Assembly: GCA_012519455.1 (NCBI GenBank)
Contig: JAAYQE010000101.1
Coordinates: 1,636-65,635, forward strand
From: Syntrophomonadaceae bacterium
GTDB lineage: Bacteria; Bacillota; Ch66; Ch109
DNA length: 64,000 nucleotides
Direction: 5' to 3'
The translations under genes were made by a program, and so were the position numbers. This document shows, piece by piece, positions 9,838-20,735 of the stretch (position 1 is its first letter; every line of letters starts with the position of its first letter). The notes beneath the pieces were generated by a model. That model was given only the letters and a program-made list of their open reading frames with translations. It had not been told where the DNA came from and ran no database searches.

Positions 9838-10665
9838 TTGCGCGTTGATCTACATATTCATACTACGGCTTCTGATGGCACAAGTACTCCACAACAAGTA
9901 GTCCAAAAAGCCCGTGATTATGGTCTAAAAGCAATCGCAATCACTGATCATGACGAGGTGAGCGGAATCCCCTTGGCCCAAATAGAGGGCGAGAGTTTAG
10001 GGGTAGAAGTTATTCCCGGGATTGAAATTAATACCGAATTTGAAAAAAGGGAAGTACACGTTTTAGGTTATTTTATTGATTATAACCATGCCGGACTACA
10101 ACAAAAATTGACCGAGCTTAAAAACGCCCGATTAATTCGAATTGAAAAGATTATTAAACGTTTAAACAATTTAGGGATTATGGTTGATTTTAATCGAGTT
10201 AAAGAACTCGCCGGTGATGGTTCGATTGGACGGCCACACATTGGTATGGCGCTGATTGAAAAAGGCTATATAGGTTCAGTTCAAGAGGCCTTTAATCGTT
10301 TTATTGGCTATGGTAAACCGGCCTATGTCCCTCGAGATAAAATCGATCCTTTGGAAGCGGTAGGAATTATTCGGGCTGCTAAGGGAGTGGCGGTACTGGC
10401 TCATCCCGGTTTGGCAGAACGAGATCATTTAATACCCCTATTAGCGAAAAAAGAGTTACAAGGGCTAGAAGTATATTACCCGGAGCATAACCCTGAGATG
10501 GTTAAGAAATATCTAGCCTTAGCCCAACGATTAGCCTTAGTAGCCACGGGAGGCTCTGATTACCATGGTTCCGAGCTGGTTTACCGAGCTGATTTGGGTG
10601 AAGTTACCGTTGCCTATCAAGTGGTAGAAGATTTACGCCGGCGTTGCCCGGTTCAAAAAGGCTGA
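9838..10665 (+). CDS. PHP-domain phosphoesterase (TrpH/YcdX-like)
   Basis: MRVDLHIHTTASDG polymerase/histidinol-phosphatase N-terminal motif. TTG start. Confidence 0.8.
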   Translation: MRVDLHIHTTASDGTSTPQQVVQKARDYGLKAIAITDHDEVSGIPLAQIEGESLGVEVIPGIEINTEFEKREVHVLGYFIDYNHAGLQQKLTELKNARLIRIEKIIKRLNNLGIMVDFNRVKELAGDGSIGRPHIGMALIEKGYIGSVQEAFNRFIGYGKPAYVPRDKIDPLEAVGIIRAAKGVAVLAHPGLAERDHLIPLLAKKELQGLEVYYPEHNPEMVKKYLALAQRLALVATGGSDYHGSELVYRADLGEVTVAYQVVEDLRRRCPVQKG

Positions 10666-10747
10666 TAACTAGTTTTGCTGGTTTAAGGGCCAATTTCGTT
10701 TCATATACTAGCAATGAAACGATTAATGGCGCTTAATATCAGTTATC

Positions 10748-11029
10748 TTGAAGGTGGTGATAGGCCTGATGGAGAGTGAACGGTACAAGCTATTATTGAA
10801 CCGGGTAAAAGAATTGGAAAAAAAGGTTGAACAGTTACGGATTAGCCGCCGGGTATTAATGAATCTAGTTGCCCAGCTGGAAAAAGAAAAGGCCGACCAA
10901 GTATTACCGTTAATTGAAGAAAATCGACGTTTAAAAAAAGCAAACAACCGGTATGCACAGATCCTGTGGTCCAAAAACCAACAAATAGCCGAATTAACCT
11001 TTTGGGATAAACCGGAGGTAAAGTCATAA
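10748..11029 (+). CDS. small coiled-coil protein, hypothetical
   Basis: Heptad-rich, charged 93-aa ORF. Preferred over the overlapping antisense ORF 10723..11076. Confidence 0.35.
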   Translation: MKVVIGLMESERYKLLLNRVKELEKKVEQLRISRRVLMNLVAQLEKEKADQVLPLIEENRRLKKANNRYAQILWSKNQQIAELTFWDKPEVKS

Positions 11030-11232
11030 ATAGGACCCATAGCCGGATAAGAGCCAACTTTCTCAAAAAAATACAAGTTGCGGGAAGGATTTTAACTACT
11101 TATGTCGAAAATAATTAATGTTGTTTGGTTGGAATTAATTATCCAGTTAATGGCATTCATTTTTTTGAATATTCTATAGCAAAGCATTTAGCATAATGAT
11201 GCCGAAAGAAACGAAAGGATTGTATTTAAAAG

Positions 11233-12051
11233 ATGAGAAAAGTTGGTCCGGTATTACTGGTGTCTATGGCCCTTACTTTGTCACCAGGCTTGGTAAATGT
11301 AGATAACTCTAAGATTAATAATAGTTGGCTCGCAAATAATTCCTTTTTAACCCAGAAAACAGCTGCAGCCAGTACGGTAACCACTAAAATTAAATATACC
11401 GTTAAAGCTGGAGATTCACTTTGGACCATCGCCCGTCGGAACTCAACTACCGTAGAAAAGATCATGAAGACCAATAAGCTTAGCTCAGATCGGTTGCAAA
11501 TTGGTCAAATACTATATCTCGAAATCAAGACCCAAAAGCAAACCGCTACGCAGACCAAGAGTACGAACCAAGCTAACCAAGCTAATCAAGCTAACCAGGT
11601 TGAAGTAAATAATACTGAAGAAAAAAATCAGGCAGTCGAGTTAGATGAAACAAAGACGCCTAGTCGTGGTGTCGTCAGTGATTTAATTGGTGAATTATTA
11701 TCTACCGCCAAACATTACACCGGCGTACGTTATGTCTATGGTGGCTCTGGACCTAAGGGGTTTGATTGTTCTGGCTTTACGCAGTATGTATTTGCTAAGC
11801 ATGGTATAAAACTGCCGCGCTGCTCGTATGAGCAGGCCAAGATAGGAGCCGAAGTTTCCCGTTCTCAAGCCCGACCAGGCGATTTAGTATTTTTTAATAC
11901 GCAAGGCGGTAGACGAGTTTCCCATGTGGGAATCTACGTAGGTGGAGGAAATTTTATACATGCTAATATTAAAAAGGGAGTAACTATTTCTACGTTAGAT
12001 ACGGGTTATTATCGAGAACGTTTAGTTACCATTCGTCGGGCCATTCGCTAA
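11233..12051 (+). CDS. LysM-domain NlpC/P60 peptidoglycan endopeptidase
   Basis: Signal peptide and one LysM domain (YTVKAGDSLWTIARRNSTTVEKIMKTN). C-terminal NlpC/P60 with catalytic Cys (GFDCSGF) and His (HVGIYVG). The linker contains an NQANQANQANQ repeat. Confidence 0.8.
   Translation: MRKVGPVLLVSMALTLSPGLVNVDNSKINNSWLANNSFLTQKTAAASTVTTKIKYTVKAGDSLWTIARRNSTTVEKIMKTNKLSSDRLQIGQILYLEIKTQKQTATQTKSTNQANQANQANQVEVNNTEEKNQAVELDETKTPSRGVVSDLIGELLSTAKHYTGVRYVYGGSGPKGFDCSGFTQYVFAKHGIKLPRCSYEQAKIGAEVSRSQARPGDLVFFNTQGGRRVSHVGIYVGGGNFIHANIKKGVTISTLDTGYYRERLVTIRRAIR
11568..11598 (+). repeat. tandem 9-nt repeat (CCAAGCTAA x ~3.4) encoding (NQA)n in the hydrolase linker
   Basis: Direct reading. Confidence 0.8.
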
Positions 12052-12091
12052 AAGGAAAAATAAATTGGAAGATAAAAAGTGGCTTAACTAA

Positions 12092-12124
12092 AAGAAGCGA
12101 TGATCATTGATCGCTTCTTTTTTG
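12092..12124 (+). terminator. rho-independent terminator
   Basis: AAGAAGCGA-TGATCATTGA-TCGCTTCTT followed by TTTTT. Confidence 0.6.
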
Positions 12125-12239
12125 GTTATATATTAAGGCTTTATGGTAATGATGTAGTTAGGCCATTTTAGTTTTCCTAATGATGACCGGTCTACTAGTT
12201 CGTGGTATAATACTGCAAACACCTTGATTGCTTGGGTAG

Positions 12240-13724
<1,485 letters not shown>

Positions 13725-13899
13725 GGATTAGTTTACATCTTTATCGCCTTTTAGACGCTTGGGTTTATTATTTATAATTTATTTACGTCTAATAACAAAA
13801 CTTTATACCGCACCTTCCTTTTTTACTACCATATCTTCCCGGTATAATTAGCACAAATAGTGGAAAACTATGGAAGTAAGCAAAGGGAGGAGGAAATAA

Positions 13900-14439
13900 A
13901 TGTTATTTAACTTGAAAAAAATCAGGAAAAGGGTAATCGATTGGGGACAAACCCGTTGGAGAAAACTACTCCGAACGGAAGCTTATCCCCTCTCGGAAAA
14001 ACCTGGCCGTTTGGCCCGGAAGCTAGATTACTGGGGCGGTCGATTAATCCTATTGGGTGTGATTTTTCTAATCTTAACGCAACTAAATTTAAGCCTTAAG
14101 ACAACCGGGTTGGCTGCAGTTGGGCTTGGGTTAGGTTTACATCTTAGCCTCAAAACAGGAACGCCAAAACTATTTTTAAGGCGTTTAAGGTCACGAGTAC
14201 AACCTACGGCAGAAGTAACAACGAACCTGGCACCGAACGGAAGGCAGAGAAAAAGACTCGGCCGCTGGCGCGGAGCGGTAGGCATTGGTTTAGGCTTGAT
14301 CGGGCTAGGAGCAATTTGCGGTGGAGCTTGGGGATGGTATTTTATGTTCTTGGGCCTGATTAATCTAGGTTTAGCCGGTGCTTTTGTTTGGGGAGAACGA
14401 CAGATTACTTCGTTTACACCACCAGATCCACAAAAATAA
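13900..14439 (+). CDS. hypothetical membrane protein (basic N-terminus, Gly-rich TM segments)
   Basis: Intact 179-aa ORF with an RBS (GGGAGGAGG). Confidence 0.45.
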   Translation: MLFNLKKIRKRVIDWGQTRWRKLLRTEAYPLSEKPGRLARKLDYWGGRLILLGVIFLILTQLNLSLKTTGLAAVGLGLGLHLSLKTGTPKLFLRRLRSRVQPTAEVTTNLAPNGRQRKRLGRWRGAVGIGLGLIGLGAICGGAWGWYFMFLGLINLGLAGAFVWGERQITSFTPPDPQK

Positions 14440-14445
14440 ACAATA

Positions 14446-14490
14446 ATAATAAAAAGTAGAACAGGATTTTCCTGTTCTACTTTTTGTTAT
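14446..14490. terminator. bidirectional terminator shared by two convergent genes
   Basis: AAAAA-GTAGAACAGG-ATTTT-CCTGTTCTAC-TTTTT. Confidence 0.6.
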
Positions 14491-14683
14491 TATTCTCTGC
14501 CACTTTGTTTAGATCTTCCATCAGTTGGTCGATATTGACACCATGAACTTGAGCACCCTGCTCAACACTCTCAAAGAGCGATCCCCCTCAGCCAACACAA
14601 CGAAGCCCGTGTTTGGCAAAAACCCTTAGCGATTCAGGGTATTTTTCCACTACATCTTTAATGATCGTGTTCTTGGTAATCAA
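14477..14683 (-). CDS. DUF1858-like small redox protein with an in-frame TGA at the second Cys position of its CxxC motif (candidate selenoprotein)
   Basis: The minus-strand ORF reads LITKNTIIKDVVEKYPESLRVFAKHGLRCVG[TGA]GGSLFESVEQGAQVHGVNIDQLMEDLNKVAENNNKK. The TGA is at 14588-14590. RBS AAGGGGG lies 8 nt before the TTG start, with a TATAAT upstream and a terminator downstream. A hairpin UUGAGCA-GGG-UGCUCAA lies ~22 nt 3' of the UGA. Confidence 0.4.
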
Positions 14684-14770
14684 TAATTAAACCCCCTTAA
14701 CCGTAAATTTTTTGGATATATGTCCACCTTTTGGGGTTATTATATTATACCCCAGCTTCGAGTAAAATAC

Positions 14771-14792
14771 CAGGGGATTTTAATCCCCTGGA
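14771..14792 (-). terminator. terminator hairpin downstream of the SASP gene
   Basis: CCAGGGGATT-TTAA-TCCCCTGG perfect inverted repeat, with a T-rich stretch on the minus strand. Confidence 0.5.
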
Positions 14793-14805
14793 TAGGTGCA
14801 AATTA

Positions 14806-14994
14806 TTAACGAGAATCGGGGTAAGGTGACTGGAGATCACGTTGAGCTCTTTGGATAGCTAAAGTAATCAAATTACCGCACTGACGAGACGTCACTCCAC
14901 CCCATCCCTCAGTACGGACAATATGATCTACTCCTAGCTCCTGAGCCAGCTCATATTTGAGCGCCTCGGACATGACACCCCGTTTTCTAGCCAT
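14806..14994 (-). CDS. alpha/beta-type small acid-soluble spore protein
   Basis: MARKRGVMSEALKYELAQELGV ... EGWGGVTSRQCGNLITLAIQRAQ matches the two conserved SASP blocks. RBS AAGGAGG lies 6 nt before the second in-frame ATG, at 14994. Confidence 0.8.
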   Translation of the reverse strand: MARKRGVMSEALKYELAQELGVDHIVRTEGWGGVTSRQCGNLITLAIQRAQRDLQSPYPDSR

Positions 14995-15144
14995 ATCCAG
15001 CCTCCTTAAAATATTTGCATTTGCACCCATTTATATTTTTAACCGTGTAATAAAAGTTATGTGTGGTGAACAAAGGGGTAATTGGCAGTTTGGAGTTGAA
15101 AGGGCCGGGAAATTATGCGAAACTATCTCCAGGAGGAGAGGGAA

Positions 15145-16029
15145 ATGCGTTACGAAGGATTAATCTACCGACCGCCCAGTGAAGCCTTTAGTTTAATTTT
15201 ACAGGTAACGATTGGGTGTTCCCATAATAAATGCACTTTTTGTAGTATGTATAAACAAAAAAAATATCGAGTTCGTGAACTAGCTGAGATTGAAGCTGAT
15301 ATTCGGATGGCTAAAATTGCTTATGGGGATGTTGAGAAAGTTTTTTTGGCTGACGGCGATGCTTTAGCGGTAGAAACCGAAACGCTTTTGCGTATTCTGG
15401 TTACTTTGCGGCAAACTTTTCCTAGTTTAAGACATATCGGCATCTATGCTAGCCCCGGCACCATTTTACGTAAAACGCCGGAGGAGTTAAAATCCCTTTA
15501 CCAAACCGGTTTAACGATGGCCTATTTAGGCGTGGAGACGGGGGATGCGAACTTATTGCAAGAAATCCAAAAAGGAGTAACCCCCGAAGAAATGATTGCC
15601 GCCGGTCAGAAGCTGATTCGCTCAGGTATCCTTTTATCCTGTACGGTAATTTTGGGTTTAGCTGGACCAGATTGGGGTAAAACAGAGAGACATGCCCGGG
15701 AAACCGCCCTATTAATTAACCAAATTAGCCCGCATTATCTGGCGGCTTTGACCTTAATGCTTGAACCTGGAACGATACTCTACCGTAAAAGGCAACGGGG
15801 TGAATTCCAGCTGCCTGAACCCTATGCGATTATCGCGGAGTTACAAGTACTAGTTAAACACTTAGAAGTACAAAGAGCTTGTATATTTCGTAGTAATCAT
15901 GCTTCTAATTATCTGCCGATTAAAGGGACCCTGCCCCAGGATCAGAAAGCTATATTAAAGGCACTGGACCAGGTACTACAAAAGAAAGAGGATAAGTACC
16001 TGCGCCCTGATTATTTGCGTGGTCTTTGA
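15145..16029 (+). CDS. radical SAM family protein
   Basis: Cys cluster GCSHNKCTFC (CX4CX2C spacing). RBS GGAGGAGAGGG precedes ATG 15145. Confidence 0.7.
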   Translation: MRYEGLIYRPPSEAFSLILQVTIGCSHNKCTFCSMYKQKKYRVRELAEIEADIRMAKIAYGDVEKVFLADGDALAVETETLLRILVTLRQTFPSLRHIGIYASPGTILRKTPEELKSLYQTGLTMAYLGVETGDANLLQEIQKGVTPEEMIAAGQKLIRSGILLSCTVILGLAGPDWGKTERHARETALLINQISPHYLAALTLMLEPGTILYRKRQRGEFQLPEPYAIIAELQVLVKHLEVQRACIFRSNHASNYLPIKGTLPQDQKAILKALDQVLQKKEDKYLRPDYLRGL

Positions 16030-16083
16030 GTTTCTTATGGGGATAGAGCTTTATAATTTTACCGGTAATAAATAGGAGGAAAT

Positions 16084-16950
16084 ATGGAAAAGGTTAAAAT
16101 TATTACTGATAGTACGGCTGATCTACCAAGGGAAATAATAAAACGCTACGCGATAACCGTTTTACCGATGATAACTAGCTTTTCCGGGGTAGATTATCGA
16201 GATGGGGTAGACTTAACCGCAGTACAATTTTACCAACGTATGGCCACTTGTACAGAATTGCCTCATACATCGCAGCATTCTCCCCAAATTTTGTACGAAA
16301 CCTATCGGGAAGCCTTAGCCGATGGATCATCAGTTATTGCTATTCACCTTTCTTCAGGTCTTAGCGGAACCGCCCAGAATGCTTTTTTAGCGCAGGAAAT
16401 GCTGGGAGAAAAAAAACGACTGGCCGTACTAGATTCTTTATCGGGTTCACTTGGCCAGGGCCTGCTTGCCCTTCGGGCAGCAGAGTTGGCTGAAGCCGGT
16501 TTACCGCTGGCTGAAATAGTGATGGAATTAGAAGGCATGCGAAATCGTTTGTATAGTATATTTATGGTAGATACGCTGAAATATCTGCTTAAAGGGGGAC
16601 GAATTAATCGAATACAAGCCACCATGGGCTCATTGCTGGATATAAAACCTATCCTTCATTTAAACCCCGAAGGCAAAATTGATCAGTTAGATAAAGTTCG
16701 GGGACGAAAGGCCTCACTGCGGCGCCTAGTGGCCTTAGTAGAGGAATTCGGTCAGGATTTAAACGGTCAGACGGTAGGAATTAGTGATGGAGTGTGCCCG
16801 GATGATGTGCAACAATTCCAGGAGATTTTTCGTACCCGTTTTGGGGTTAAGGAAGTAATTACCCGAGAAATTGGAGCCGTAATTGGTACACATACTGGAC
16901 CAGGGGCAATAGCTATCTTTTTTCAGGGAAAACCTAAAAGGGTTAATTAA
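16084..16950 (+). CDS. DegV-family fatty-acid-binding protein
   Basis: MEKVKIITDSTADLP... DegV signature across the full length. Confidence 0.85.
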   Translation: MEKVKIITDSTADLPREIIKRYAITVLPMITSFSGVDYRDGVDLTAVQFYQRMATCTELPHTSQHSPQILYETYREALADGSSVIAIHLSSGLSGTAQNAFLAQEMLGEKKRLAVLDSLSGSLGQGLLALRAAELAEAGLPLAEIVMELEGMRNRLYSIFMVDTLKYLLKGGRINRIQATMGSLLDIKPILHLNPEGKIDQLDKVRGRKASLRRLVALVEEFGQDLNGQTVGISDGVCPDDVQQFQEIFRTRFGVKEVITREIGAVIGTHTGPGAIAIFFQGKPKRVN

Positions 16951-17028
16951 AATAAAATGGAGGTAATTTTATTTTAGATAAAATTTGGGGGCTAAGTTTA
17001 TTAGTATTCAAAGGGGGGACAACTGGTT

Positions 17029-17655
17029 ATGTGGTTATTCGGGAGTAAGGATTATAAGCTTTTTGATCTTTTTGGCGCTAGTGCTAATGTGGTAGTTAGA
17101 GCCGGGGCCTTAATTAAAAACCTGGTTGAAGATTATGATAACCTGGATGAACGGATGAAACAGTTAACCGCCCTTGAGGATGAAGGGGATCAAATTATTG
17201 AGGCTCTATTTCAAAAACTTAACCAGTCTTTTATCCTGCCCTTCGACCGGGAAGATGCCTATGCTTTAGTACAAAAACTGGATTCCATCCTAGATTATAT
17301 CGCGGGAATCGTCGATCGGATTGTGCTTTACAAGGCTACCCAACCCAATCAAGTGGTTAGTAATCTAACCGAAGTCTTAGAAAAAGCAATTAAGCAGCAA
17401 GAAAGAGCTTTTAAGCTTTTATCCGAACTGGAACATAAGCGCAAGGAAATAATGGAGTGTTGTGATCAAATTACGGCTCTGGAAAAGCAAGGCGATACTC
17501 TTTATCGCCAGGCCATGGTTGATCTTTTTGAAGGACAATACGACGCGATGACCATTATCAAGTGGAAAGAGATATATGAACATATCGAAACCACCCTAGA
17601 TCGTTGTGAAGACGTAAGCATTTTAATCCGAGGCATTTGTATAAAATACTCTTAA
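17029..17655 (+). CDS. DUF47 (PhoU-like, YkaA family) protein
   Basis: Helical 208-aa protein whose pattern fits the Pit-accessory/PhoU-like family. Confidence 0.7.
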   Translation: MWLFGSKDYKLFDLFGASANVVVRAGALIKNLVEDYDNLDERMKQLTALEDEGDQIIEALFQKLNQSFILPFDREDAYALVQKLDSILDYIAGIVDRIVLYKATQPNQVVSNLTEVLEKAIKQQERAFKLLSELEHKRKEIMECCDQITALEKQGDTLYRQAMVDLFEGQYDAMTIIKWKEIYEHIETTLDRCEDVSILIRGICIKYS

Positions 17656-17746
17656 TCTACTTTATTGATTAGCCATGAGTGAAACATAACCTATCTCCTT
17701 AACGGAAATACTATATGGCAGTATTCTAGGAAGGAGGGTTAATTGG

Positions 17747-17938
17747 TTGGCTAAAAAGAAAAATGACCAAGTAGATAAAAAAAATCGGGCTAATGATGCG
17801 TATCGTAGACCCATTGCGCTCGATTCTAGCTGTTCTTCCCCGTATTCAGAAGAGTCAATAGTTTCATCCTCTGATGGCTTAAGCTCTTCTATGGAAGCTG
17901 AATCATCTTCGGAAGATAACCGCAAAAGACCGATATAA
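17747..17938 (+). CDS. small protein: basic N-terminus and Ser/Glu-rich C-terminus, hypothetical
   Basis: AAGGAGGG RBS 8 nt before the TTG start. A strong terminator follows immediately. The antisense ORF 17662..18033 is rejected. Confidence 0.5.
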   Translation: MAKKKNDQVDKKNRANDAYRRPIALDSSCSSPYSEESIVSSSDGLSSSMEAESSSEDNRKRPI

Positions 17939-17963
17939 GGTATAGTTAAATTACCAAAAAAAT

Positions 17964-17992
17964 CCCCCCAGCAACGGGGGGTTTTTATTTTT
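17964..17992 (+). terminator. rho-independent terminator
   Basis: CCCCCC-AGCAAC-GGGGGG followed by TTTTTATTTTT. Confidence 0.7.
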
Positions 17993-18185
17993 CCTACCAC
18001 AATACTACCATTCTTAGCCATCCACTTTTTCATATAAATGGCTAATTAAGGTTCCGTTACCAGCAATCCCATAATGAAATCAAGGTTGCTCCTCGGGTAT
18101 AATACAGAAAGATCCAAAGAGAGGGGGGTGACCCATAATTAGGAATCCATTTAGGCGGGAATTTGGCTTTTTACTTACTTTATTT

Positions 18186-18917
18186 ATGGCTATCACGATC
18201 CTAGTAACTGGACTAGCCCTACCGGCAGCCGCACAAACTGCTTATACGGTAAAGCCGGGGGACAGCCTCTACCTGATTGGCCGTAAATACGGAATAACTT
18301 CCGGTCAACTTCAAAAAGCGAACAATCTTCCATCGACTACCATTTACTCCGGTCAAGTGCTACAAATACCAAGTATATATCAGGTACGTAGCGGCGATAG
18401 TTGGTACCTGATTGGACAAAGATATGGAGTAACCGTAAACCAATTAAAAACGGTAAATAATCTTTGGAGTGATCAACTGTATGTAGGGCAGAAAATTGTT
18501 ATTCCGGTTAGATCTAACAGTTCTAGCAGTTCTAGTACTCCTAGTCGGGCTTTTACCGGATACTCACGGGACGATATCGTGTTATTAGCCCGGGTAATCA
18601 ACGGTGAAGCCGGCGGCGAACCCTACATTGGTCAGGTAGCGGTAGGGGCTGTAATTTTAAATCGGGTTAAAAGTGCTGATTTTCCCAATACGCTTTCTGG
18701 GGTGATTTACCAACGAAATGCCTTCGAAGCGGTAACCAGAGGTTTAATTTGGGCCAATCCAGGGACAAGCTGTCTAAACGCCGCCCAAGATGCCCTAAAA
18801 GGTTGGGATCCTTCAGAAGGCGCTCTGTTTTTTTATAACCCTGCGAAACCGTGTGCGTCTTGGATTTATTCCCGCCCGGTAATCAAGCGAATTGGTAACC
18901 ATGTATTTGCCCGTTAG
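18186..18917 (+). CDS. spore cortex-lytic / cell wall hydrolase (SleB/CwlJ family) with two LysM domains
   Basis: Two LysM repeats (YTVKPGDSLYLIG..., YQVRSGDSWYLIG...). C-terminal Hydrolase_2 domain (VINGEAGGEPYIGQVAVGAVILNRV...FEAV). The true start probably lies upstream at a non-ATG codon (signal peptide RREFGFLLTLFMAIT). Confidence 0.8.
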   Translation: MAITILVTGLALPAAAQTAYTVKPGDSLYLIGRKYGITSGQLQKANNLPSTTIYSGQVLQIPSIYQVRSGDSWYLIGQRYGVTVNQLKTVNNLWSDQLYVGQKIVIPVRSNSSSSSSTPSRAFTGYSRDDIVLLARVINGEAGGEPYIGQVAVGAVILNRVKSADFPNTLSGVIYQRNAFEAVTRGLIWANPGTSCLNAAQDALKGWDPSEGALFFYNPAKPCASWIYSRPVIKRIGNHVFAR

Positions 18918-19171
18918 TGAGCCCCATTAAAAAGCTTAAAGAATTACTAAAGTATTACTTTGCAAATACGCAAAAAAATTGGTTTTTTAGAATAGAATAG
19001 AATACATTTAGCAAAGACCTCGGTTATTTAACGGGGTCTTTTTGTATTACCTTAATTTTAGCATAATTGGACAGTTATAGAACGTATTTTTAACTTGGAG
19101 GTAAATATCCCTTTCTTGCGTTAAAGCATTTTTAAGGATATAATCACAATTGGGTACAGCATGCATTAGGA

Positions 19172-20542
19172 GTGAGAGTGATTTATGTGTTAGGATACGG
19201 GCAACAAACGTATAAGATCTTATCCTATGGTTGTCAGGGCAATCAGCGAGACTCCGAAACTCTAGCCGGTTTGTTGGAAAATTTAGGATATGAACCAGCT
19301 CATGATATTGACGATGCAGATCTTATTATTTTAAATACCTGTTGTGTTCGACATACCGTAGAAAATCGTATCTACGGAAAGTTGGGAGAACTTAAATATT
19401 TAAAACGCAATAACCCCTATTTAGTAATTGGCGTCTGTGGTTGTATGCCTCAACAAAAGGAAGCGGCGGAAAGGTTATATAAACGCGCTCCCCATATTGA
19501 TATTCTCTTTGGTACCCATAACCTTCACCGATTACCGGAATTACTTGAACGAAATCGAGCTACGCGTAGACAGGTTATTGATATTTGGGAGCGGGAAGAA
19601 GATAAAATCGTAGAGCATCTTCCGGTGGTACGAGCCCCTGGTATACGGGCTTATATTAACATTATGTACGGTTGTGACAATTTCTGTAGTTACTGTATTG
19701 TTCCTTATGTCCGTGGTCGAGAGAGAAGTCGACAATCTAAAGAAATCCTGGCGGAAGCACAAGCCGCAATAGATCAGGGTTATAAATAGATAATGCTCTT
19801 AGGTCAAAACGTCAATTCTTATGGAAAAGGTTTAGAAGGAGATCTCGATTTTGCCGATTTACTTACGGAGCTAGACCAAATTAAGGGGATTGAAAGAATT
19901 CGCTATATGACCTCCCATCCTAAAAACTTTACTTCAAAAATCATTAAAGCCATTGCTCAATCCCGCCATGTTTGCGAACATTTTCATTTACCGGTTCAGG
20001 CCGGTGGAAATCGGGTACTAAGATGGATGAATCGAGGATATACCCGAGAGCAGTATATAGATTTAGTTCAAGAAGTACGGGAAACGGTACCAACGTGCAG
20101 TGTAACCACCGATATTATTGTTGGTTTTCCGCAGGAAACCGAAGGCTGTTTTAGTCAAACGCTAGAATTAATGGAATCAATTAGATTTGACGCAGCTTAT
20201 ACTTTTCTTTACTCTCCACGCTCCGGAACACCGGCCTTTAGAATGCCGGATAACGTACCCATAGAAGAAAAAAAGAAACACTTAGGCCAGTTAATGAATG
20301 TGCAAAATAGAATAAGTCTAGAAATAAACCGAGAGTTAATTGGCAAGAGGGTAGAAATTCTCGTAGAAGGGACTAGTAAAACTAACCCCGATCGGCTTAC
20401 TGGACGTACGCGAACGAACAAAATCGTCATCTTTGATGGCCCTTTGGATTTAACCGGCCAATTAGTAGAAGTAGTAATTACTGAGGCCCAAACTTGGAAT
20501 TTGGTGGGAGAACTAAGCACCTCCGGTCCAGAAAAAAATTAA
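19172..20542 (+). CDS. miaB: tRNA-i6A37 methylthiotransferase MiaB, interrupted by a single in-frame TAG (19787-19789)
   Basis: N-terminal MTTase domain, radical SAM domain and TRAM domain are all present and in one frame. The reading is ...AAIDQGYK-TAG-IMLLGQNVNSYG, where the family has GYKEITLLGQNVN, so GAG has become TAG. The likely start is GTG 19178. Confidence 0.75.
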
Positions 20543-20578
20543 GTGGTTATCCAAAGTAAAATATAAAACAGAGGGCCT

Positions 20579-20614
20579 GAACCGTATTTTGGCAAACGGT
20601 TCTTTTTTTATTTT
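20579..20614 (+). terminator. rho-independent terminator after miaB
   Basis: GAACCGT-loop-ACGGTTC followed by TTTTTTTATTTT. Confidence 0.65.
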
Positions 20615-20735
20615 AGTAAGATGACAGGAGAATAATAAAAATAGTCGAAATTTATTAGTACATAACCCTTATAAATTTAAGGTAAAAAAGTGAACCAAAA
20701 AAACAAATAAAATTAATTAAAAAGGAGGGAAAGGT

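Noticed and set aside
10723-11076. 117-aa minus-strand ORF overlapping the plus-strand coiled-coil ORF.
   Set aside because: Low-complexity odd composition and no RBS. The plus-strand ORF is favoured, though weakly.
14487-14700. Treating the region between the convergent terminator and the SASP gene as non-coding.
   Set aside because: Rejected in favour of a TGA-containing ORF, because it has an RBS, a -10, a terminator and a conserved redox-protein pattern on both sides of the TGA.
17662-18033. 123-aa minus-strand ORF.
   Set aside because: It overlaps the better-signalled plus-strand small gene (RBS plus terminator) and itself spans that terminator hairpin.
19787-19789. Reading the miaB TAG as pyrrolysine or a reassigned sense codon.
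   Set aside because: TAG terminates recA and guaB in the same window, and no pyl genes are seen here. The event is reported instead as an in-frame amber of unknown status.
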